DNA of 50,597 nucleotides, from the IMG/VR virus record IMGVR_UViG_3300021964_000106, positions 1-50,597 of that record; one strand, 5' to 3'. This document shows positions 44,677 through 50,597 of this stretch, one piece after another. Source of the DNA: a virus (Duplodnaviria; Caudoviricetes). A program made the position numbers and the translations under genes. The first letter of the stretch is position 1; each line of letters opens with the position of its first letter. The notes below the pieces were generated by a model. The model did no database searches and was not told the DNA's origin. It worked only from the letters and a program-made list of their open reading frames with translations.

Positions 44677-47595
44677 TTAAGATGTAAAAATACCAGTAAT
44701 CATATTAATTAATCTATCTACACCACTTGTGCTGCCGGAGTCAGCTATACCAGCTTCATTAGATAGTGCTGTAGCATACAATGTTGTAATACGTTGCTGT
44801 TCATTTTCAAATGCAGTTCTGGCATAAGTAGCCTCATCGCGTAACTGCTGCCAAATATTAGACAGCTCAGCACTAGTTAAGTTAAACGCCATTTGTGCAG
44901 CAGCTTGATTAGAGGCATTTTGTGCAGCAGTATTTATTGTATTAGACTGCCTACGCCATTCAATATTAGACTGCTGAATAGCTTGGGCATTCTGAGCATT
45001 CCAAATCTCACGCTGCTGATCCATTTGCGCATTGAATTGATCATACTGAGAAGTTAACTGGTTGTTAAATTTAGCCACATCAATTTCATTTCCTGCATTT
45101 ATAGCAGCCATTCTGTTCTGCTCAGTAGCATTAAACTGCCCCATTGCGTTTACTTGCGCAGTATTAAACTGTTCCATCTGAGCATTCAAGTTAGCCATAA
45201 ACTGATCAGCTTGCTGCTGAGATGCTGCGTTAAACTGTAAGGCAGCATTAGTTGCCGACTGATCTGACAACAGCCTCTGCTGTCGCATCTGTTGATCAAG
45301 AACAAGCGTCTGTTGCTCGTTAGACAGATTAGCCATATCAAGTGTCAGAAAGTTCTGTGCATTCTGAATGGCTAGCTTTGTACGTTGATCAGCTGTAGCC
45401 AAATCCATTGAAGCCAAAGCAGTAGCATTTTGCATAGCTGCTTGCTGCCTAGCATTCATATTAGCTAATGTAGTTGACTGCATAAACTGACTGTTAGCTA
45501 ACTCAACCTGCTGTGCTGCATTAAATTTATTTAAATCAATGTTAGCTACCATAGTAGCATTCTGTACTGCACGTTGCTGATCTACATTAAGCTGGGCTAC
45601 GTTTAACTGTTTAGCAATATCGGCAGCAGCTAAGTTTGTTTGCATCTGTGCATTTAGATTTGCTAACTCAGTTTGCTGTGCTGCATTTAGATTATCAGCA
45701 CCCGCCTGATTTAACGCAGAAAGATTAGCAAGTCTTGTCTGCTGGTCTGCACTTAGGTTAGCTAATTCCATCTGCTGTTTAAGGTCAGCATTTTTAGCAA
45801 GGAACTCCGCAGCTGTTTGAAACTCAGCAAGCTTGCCTTGGTTCTCAGCTGTCATGTTAGCTAAGTCGGTCTGGCTCTGTATCTGTAGATTAGCTAACTC
45901 AACCTGCTGAGTATTAGACAGGTTCTGTGCATTCATAGCTTGCTGATTCTGCGCGTTAAGTTCGGCAGTTCTTTGCTGGTTTTGCAAGTTCTGTAATGCT
46001 GTCTGCTGGGTTTGTTCAGCTGTAGCCAATGTAGCTTGCTGTCTAAACTGACTCTGTAACTGAGCCATGTCATTAGCCATTTGAGCGGTCTGACTACCAG
46101 CTGTTTGCTGATTAGCTAAGTTCTGCATACGTCTTGTCATATCTAACTGAGAAGACTGTAAGTTAGCTTGCTGCTGGTTGTTTAAATTCTGGGTTGCTCG
46201 GGCTTGTAGAGCCTGTGCATTAGACTGCGCAATAGGTAACGCACTCTGGATAATAGCATTGAAAAGCGAATCACGGCCTACAGTAGAAGCACTCATGCCT
46301 CTCTGTGCTAGGTTCTGCTCTACTAACTCTACTGCTGGTCTAGCCCATGTAGGAACCTGTCCTGACTCTAAACCACCCAGCAGTGTTTCCATCTGAGAAG
46401 ACATCAACGCTTCAGTAGGTAGAGCAGCAACAGCAGCTTGTACTTCTACGGGCTGACTATCTATCTCAGCGGTAACAGTGGCGGGGTCTTCTACAATTGC
46501 AGCAGTAATTGCTTCAGGTATTTCACCTACTTGTGCAACCATAGTAGCAGCTTCGCCTTTAGCTGCTTCACCTTTAACAGCCCTAGCCTGAGATGCTGTA
46601 TAGCTAATCTTATCTAGTATCTGCGCCTCAACGCCTGTAGGGGCAGTACCTGTTATAGCCTGACGCTCTTGCTTTTCAGCTTGAGGCGTAGCAGCTAGCG
46701 GAACCTGACCTACTGTAACCTCTGGTACAAAAGCATCTGGACTAATTGTATAGTCAGCAGCTTGAGCTGTTACCATTTCTCCCGCACCTACTTGTGCAGC
46801 TTGGGCGGGTGCGCTAAGTGTTCTAATTTCATCTACAGTTATTTCTGGACGGGCAACACCTTGTGCTGCTGTAGTACTATTTAACTCAGCAGCTAGGGCT
46901 GCTTGATACTGAGAGGGGCTTACCGTGCCATTCTGAATAGCTGTTTTAACATTTGATACAGCTGTTGTTAACTGTGATGCAGAAACTCCTTCTGGAGGGG
47001 TTAGCGTTGAAAACTCATCAAGCTGCTGTATTGCAGAGTCTGGAGTAATTCCTGTTTCAACATCAACAGTTGCAACTTTAGGTTTCATTGCTGCTGTTAT
47101 TTGAGGAACATTTAATGTTCTACGCTGCTCGGCTGTCAATTCGCTAGCCACAGGAGCGGGTGTTTTAGCCTGTATACCTGTCATTGTAGCAGGAGCAGAC
47201 GTAGGGGTATAACTACCACCCCCCGGAGTAGTAGGGCTATAATTATAATTAGGCGTATAAGTAGGCGTAGAGGCAGGAGGAGTACTTCGTGCTGCTTCTT
47301 GTGCTGCTTCTATTCTTGCTCTTTCTGCTTCTGCTAATTCTTCATTTGCCTTAATCTGCTGTTGTTGCAAAATTTGATTAGCCTGTTGAAAATTCTTACT
47401 CCCTTCTTTAACAGCTGCCCGTTCAATAGCAGATTGGATACTTGCAACAGATGTTCCTGTTTCTTTAGCAATGTCTTCTAAACTTTTTTGACCCGCCATA
47501 TATGCAGTTACATAGTCCTGCACAGAACCACCGTTAGCATAGTTAAAACGCTTAACCCCGCTTCTTTCACGGTTATATTTTTTTTGCTGTGCCAT
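44677..47595 (-). CDS. Gln/Asn/Ala-rich internal virion (ejection tube-like) protein
   Basis: 972 aa; repeated QQ.ELANL / QFNA units. Confidence 0.7.
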   Translation of the reverse strand: MAQQKKYNRERSGVKRFNYANGGSVQDYVTAYMAGQKSLEDIAKETGTSVASIQSAIERAAVKEGSKNFQQANQILQQQQIKANEELAEAERARIEAAQEAARSTPPASTPTYTPNYNYSPTTPGGGSYTPTSAPATMTGIQAKTPAPVASELTAEQRRTLNVPQITAAMKPKVATVDVETGITPDSAIQQLDEFSTLTPPEGVSASQLTTAVSNVKTAIQNGTVSPSQYQAALAAELNSTTAAQGVARPEITVDEIRTLSAPAQAAQVGAGEMVTAQAADYTISPDAFVPEVTVGQVPLAATPQAEKQERQAITGTAPTGVEAQILDKISYTASQARAVKGEAAKGEAATMVAQVGEIPEAITAAIVEDPATVTAEIDSQPVEVQAAVAALPTEALMSSQMETLLGGLESGQVPTWARPAVELVEQNLAQRGMSASTVGRDSLFNAIIQSALPIAQSNAQALQARATQNLNNQQQANLQSSQLDMTRRMQNLANQQTAGSQTAQMANDMAQLQSQFRQQATLATAEQTQQTALQNLQNQQRTAELNAQNQQAMNAQNLSNTQQVELANLQIQSQTDLANMTAENQGKLAEFQTAAEFLAKNADLKQQMELANLSADQQTRLANLSALNQAGADNLNAAQQTELANLNAQMQTNLAAADIAKQLNVAQLNVDQQRAVQNATMVANIDLNKFNAAQQVELANSQFMQSTTLANMNARQQAAMQNATALASMDLATADQRTKLAIQNAQNFLTLDMANLSNEQQTLVLDQQMRQQRLLSDQSATNAALQFNAASQQQADQFMANLNAQMEQFNTAQVNAMGQFNATEQNRMAAINAGNEIDVAKFNNQLTSQYDQFNAQMDQQREIWNAQNAQAIQQSNIEWRRQSNTINTAAQNASNQAAAQMAFNLTSAELSNIWQQLRDEATYARTAFENEQQRITTLYATALSNEAGIADSGSTSGVDRLINMITGIFTS

Positions 47596-47597
47596 GT

Positions 47598-47759
47598 TTA
47601 CTTACCTTTAATAACTGATAGATTAGCTGAACTTGTGTGTTCATGCTCTACGGATTTTATAAAATAATAAAGTTCCATTATTTGTTTAGGACTGTACTCG
47701 CCATTAGTATATTCTAATATAGTTAGAATTAAATTGACAGGTTCAGTAGAATATGTCAT
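47598..47759 (-). CDS. Hypothetical protein (53 aa)
   Basis: Hand-translated MTYSTEPVNLILTILEYTNG...; TAATG overlap; fills the gap. Confidence 0.55.
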   Translation of the reverse strand: MTYSTEPVNLILTILEYTNGEYSPKQIMELYYFIKSVEHEHTSSANLSVIKGK

Positions 47760-48067
47760 TAGCCTTTAACCCATTTTTTAGATTTTGACTTAGTCTTACT
47801 AGGACTCCATTTTTCTTTTGCTGCCCAATAAGCTGCTGACATTTTTCCTTTGGCTATGTTTTTTGCATGCCTTGATTCAAAAGCTTTGCGTTGTCCAACA
47901 GTTTGGTTTGTCTTAACTCCCTGCTGTCCAAATCTAATTGTCTTTATTTTGTCGCCTACTTTAGCCACAACGACATGAGATTTAGTAGGATGGCTTGGTG
48001 TACGTTTTGGTTTATTAAACCCACTAACTCCAGCCTTTTTTAGTCTTGGGTCTTTTTGGGTAGCCAT
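47759..48067 (-). CDS. Small very basic conserved phage protein
   Basis: GFNKPKRTPSHPTKSHVV.AK.G..KTIRFGQQG...RKAF.SRH....MSAAYWA...W. Confidence 0.7.
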   Translation of the reverse strand: MATQKDPRLKKAGVSGFNKPKRTPSHPTKSHVVVAKVGDKIKTIRFGQQGVKTNQTVGQRKAFESRHAKNIAKGKMSAAYWAAKEKWSPSKTKSKSKKWVKG

Positions 48068-48069
48068 AA

Positions 48070-48474
48070 TTACTTCCTATCAACTTGTTTTACTTTTTCA
48101 ACTGTTCTCATTGCGCCTAGTCCTAGCATACCTAAAAGTACTGGGAGCAAAGTTTCCATGTCAATTAGCGGGATAACTACATCGTATTCTAAAAGCTCTA
48201 GTATCATATTAGTAAAAGGAATAGTTATAAAGTTACCTGCCATACCTAACACACAGACCCAACCTACTGCTGGCCTCCAGCCACTAACAAACAATGAAGG
48301 ATGCTCTGCTTCTTTCTTGTTAATCTCTAGCTGGGCTTGTACTGCTTCGTGTGCATGGCGTTCAGCCATAGTAGCTATGTCGTGTGCAAGCTGTGCCTTC
48401 TGGTCTTTGTCTTCTATAAACTTATCTAGTATTGCCGACACTGGGCCAGCGAGACCGCTAATAAGATTTATCAT
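48070..48474 (-). CDS. Holin (GTA-type 3TM family)
   Basis: LDKFIEDKDQK, NK.EA.H.S.FVSGWRPAVGWVC, LLGMLGLG.MRT.EK. Confidence 0.85.
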   Translation of the reverse strand: MINLISGLAGPVSAILDKFIEDKDQKAQLAHDIATMAERHAHEAVQAQLEINKKEAEHPSLFVSGWRPAVGWVCVLGMAGNFITIPFTNMILELLEYDVVIPLIDMETLLPVLLGMLGLGAMRTVEKVKQVDRK

Positions 48475-48725
48475 TACTTATCTCCCCAGTTCATCCATAT
48501 GCCAGCAGCAAGAGCAGTAAGAAGAGCAGTAGTAACAACTCTAGCTATTGTCTGCCCTACTGTCTGTTTAGTTGCCCGCCAAGCATCTAATAAATTACGG
48601 ACTTCTTTCATGTCTTGATAGGCATTTTCATCAGAGAGGCCAATACTTTTAAGTGCTTCTTGCGCACCTCTCTTCGCTGCACGATCAAGCAATAATTCTA
48701 GTTCTTGTTCGGTCATGTTTAACAC
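48474..48725 (-). CDS. DUF6127-like membrane protein
   Basis: ELE.LLDRAA.RGA.EAL..IGL.DE.A..D..E.R.LLDAWR..K plus C-terminal TM helix. Confidence 0.7.
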   Translation of the reverse strand: MLNMTEQELELLLDRAAKRGAQEALKSIGLSDENAYQDMKEVRNLLDAWRATKQTVGQTIARVVTTALLTALAAGIWMNWGDK

Positions 48726-49199
48726 CTACTGACTCGCTGCTATTAACGCAACAATACTTGCTAGAATAGCTCCAGCAACACCAAATAAAAAGAGAACTAA
48801 TGCTAAGTCTGTTGCGTCTTTCTTTGCCACTGCTTTAGCTCGTGCCTCTCTTAGTCTTTCGTTCTTAATGTTCCTGCGCTCTCGTAGCATTTCTCTATAG
48901 AACTCACCTTGTCCACTATAGATAAGATATTCGCGCAGCTCGTTCTCCATCTCCCTTGCTTTAGTTTTTGCTATTGTTATCTCTAATGCTTGTGACTCTA
49001 CGCTTTTACTGTTTAGTAGTTTCTTGGCGTAGCTAGCGGATTCGTTTTTAATACCTGCTTCAAGAATTGATTCATTCGCATCCCAAAACGCCCCCAATGT
49101 TTGTCCCATGTCCTGTAGTTCTTTGCCTTTGGCTATCCCTGTCTTGAGTGCATTGAAGGCAGAGTTAGCTATACTGACTGCTGCCATCACTTCTATCAT
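48726..49199 (-). CDS. Membrane-anchored coiled-coil protein of lysis region
   Basis: 157 aa; hydrophobic N-terminus, charged coiled coil, C-terminal TM. Confidence 0.65.
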   Translation of the reverse strand: MIEVMAAVSIANSAFNALKTGIAKGKELQDMGQTLGAFWDANESILEAGIKNESASYAKKLLNSKSVESQALEITIAKTKAREMENELREYLIYSGQGEFYREMLRERRNIKNERLREARAKAVAKKDATDLALVLFLFGVAGAILASIVALIAASQ

Positions 49200-49200
49200 T

Positions 49201-49560
49201 CTATTCGCCTATGGTTATCCAGCCTGTTGTGTCCTCATCCCACGTATACTTATTACCATCATCCGGCATTGGAATGGGTGCTTCCCAAATACAGGACGCT
49301 TCATTTAAAGACCAGCTTGGGTAAGGCTGTGGGGCGTAAAACGCATCTCTACCAGAATCGTAAGTATAGCCAATACCTGCGTAGTTTTTTCTCAGTGCTA
49401 CACCGCCATCTGGTTCTCTGGTTTCAGGACTGTAATGCACACCTCCATAAGTATTGTATGAAGTCTGCACCCAAGTGCCTTCCTGTGTGTCCACAAAGTC
49501 TTGTTCAGCAACAATAACTTGCGTAACAATTCCGTCTTCTACTTTTGCAAAATGACTCAT
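49201..49560 (-). CDS. Fibre-associated accessory protein
   Basis: MSHFAKV, WVQTSYN, LRKNYAGIGYTYD..RDAF..PQPYPSW.L.E..C.WEAP.PMP motif. Confidence 0.75.
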   Translation of the reverse strand: MSHFAKVEDGIVTQVIVAEQDFVDTQEGTWVQTSYNTYGGVHYSPETREPDGGVALRKNYAGIGYTYDSGRDAFYAPQPYPSWSLNEASCIWEAPIPMPDDGNKYTWDEDTTGWITIGE

Positions 49561-50339
49561 GTCGTGTAACTTCCTGACGAAGTGTATGTAAGAATTGTGT
49601 TATCACCTGATACGGTAACAGTTGGAGAACCTGTGGTAACCCCACTGTAACTTGAAGTGGGCATTCGTAATATCACAACACCTGATGCGCCAAGTTGTCC
49701 ATAGCCCGCAGTGTATGCCCTGCCATCACCGCCATTGCCTGTGTTTACTGGCTGTAAGTCAGTTTCTGGGTAATAATACGCATCTCCGCCTCTCGCATAA
49801 GTCACTGCTGTGCCTGTAATGTTATTAGCCAGCCCGTTTGGCTGCGCAGGGCCAGCACCTCCAGCACCGCCACCAGCACCTGAAGCATAACCTTGAGGGT
49901 TTCCGCCTCCACCTGCATACCCTTGACCTGCTATACCGCTTCCGCCAATACCACTTGAATTGAAACCTGCGTCACCACCACCTGAACCACCAGAGGAACC
50001 ATCACCACCTAACGCTTGTCCGCCTTTGCCACCTCCGGTTGACATAATTGACCCAAAGTAGCTGTTACTCCCATTTGAATTACTACCACCGCCCCCAACC
50101 GTTATGGTGTATACAAGTCCCGGATCTACTGTTACAGCTGACTCAGTTGTTCCCCCACCCCCTGTAGGCGTAACGCTTGACCGTAGTCCACCAGCACCAC
50201 CGCCACCACCACGAGTAGTTGAGTTGTAAGGCGTGTAACCACCTGAAGCACCCCCAGCGACAACTAGAAAATCAATATCATAAGGCCCAGCAGAAGCAGA
50301 AGCATTGATACCCGAAACTATGGAGAGTAGTCCAGACAT
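49557..50339 (-). CDS. Glycine-rich tail fibre / receptor-binding-type protein, copy 2
   Basis: 260 aa, colinear without gaps with 28..810. Confidence 0.75.
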   Translation of the reverse strand: MSGLLSIVSGINASASAGPYDIDFLVVAGGASGGYTPYNSTTRGGGGGAGGLRSSVTPTGGGGTTESAVTVDPGLVYTITVGGGGSNSNGSNSYFGSIMSTGGGKGGQALGGDGSSGGSGGGDAGFNSSGIGGSGIAGQGYAGGGGNPQGYASGAGGGAGGAGPAQPNGLANNITGTAVTYARGGDAYYYPETDLQPVNTGNGGDGRAYTAGYGQLGASGVVILRMPTSSYSGVTTGSPTVTVSGDNTILTYTSSGSYTT

Positions 50340-50597
50340 CAGCTAACAGCTCCAGCTATGACACAAACTGTGCCTGATATAAAAAATATGGTACATAGAC
50401 CACGGGTTGCTATTGTAACGCTTGCAACATCTGTATCAGTACCGGATATGTAAGCCGTTGTGATACTACAAGTAATAGTTACATCTCCAGTAGTATTATT
50501 AAAAATACTAACAACATCACCCTCCGAAAACGTAGCATCTGGTATCGTAATTGAACCACCAGCACCTACCTGAACGTACTTGCCCGTGTCAGCAGTG
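50339..50597 (-). CDS. Short fibre/adaptor protein, copy 2 (5'-truncated by window edge)
   Basis: Hand-translated ...TADTGKYVQVGAGGSITIPDATFSEGDVVSIFNN...VCVIAGAVS*, paralog of 810..1142; TGATG overlap. Confidence 0.8.
   Translation of the reverse strand, partial: TADTGKYVQVGAGGSITIPDATFSEGDVVSIFNNTTGDVTITCSITTAYISGTDTDVASVTIATRGLCTIFFISGTVCVIAGAVS

Overview
This window looks like an almost complete (~51 kb), circularly permuted genome of a lytic marine-type podovirus. The structural module resembles HMO-2011-type phages and the replication module is T7-like, but no phage RNA polymerase or integrase is recognisable. Two arms diverge from a non-coding region at ~17.15-17.95 kb, the probable genome ends. 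The minus arm runs terS-terL-portal-scaffold-capsid-adaptor-nozzle-fibres, wraps across the window ends, and continues holin, ejection proteins, endolysin. The plus arm carries small early genes (GP88-like, DUF932), SSB, primase-helicase, Pol A, nucleases, class I RNR and a MazG-like gene. The arms converge at ~34.8 kb. Most unusual signals: (1) about 1 kb at the start of the early arm is tiled with short perfect hairpins, which continue inside the first gene; (2) four copies of a ~54-nt covarying stem-loop are fused to early-gene RBSs; (3) back-to-back perfect sigma70 promoters give a leaderless terS; (4) a duplicated three-gene fibre cassette spans the window ends with contrasting divergence; (5) a 2144-aa virion protein has C-terminal modules, one toxin-like, separated by a recurring xxGG motif. 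Family assignments come from motif recognition by eye; no searches were run.
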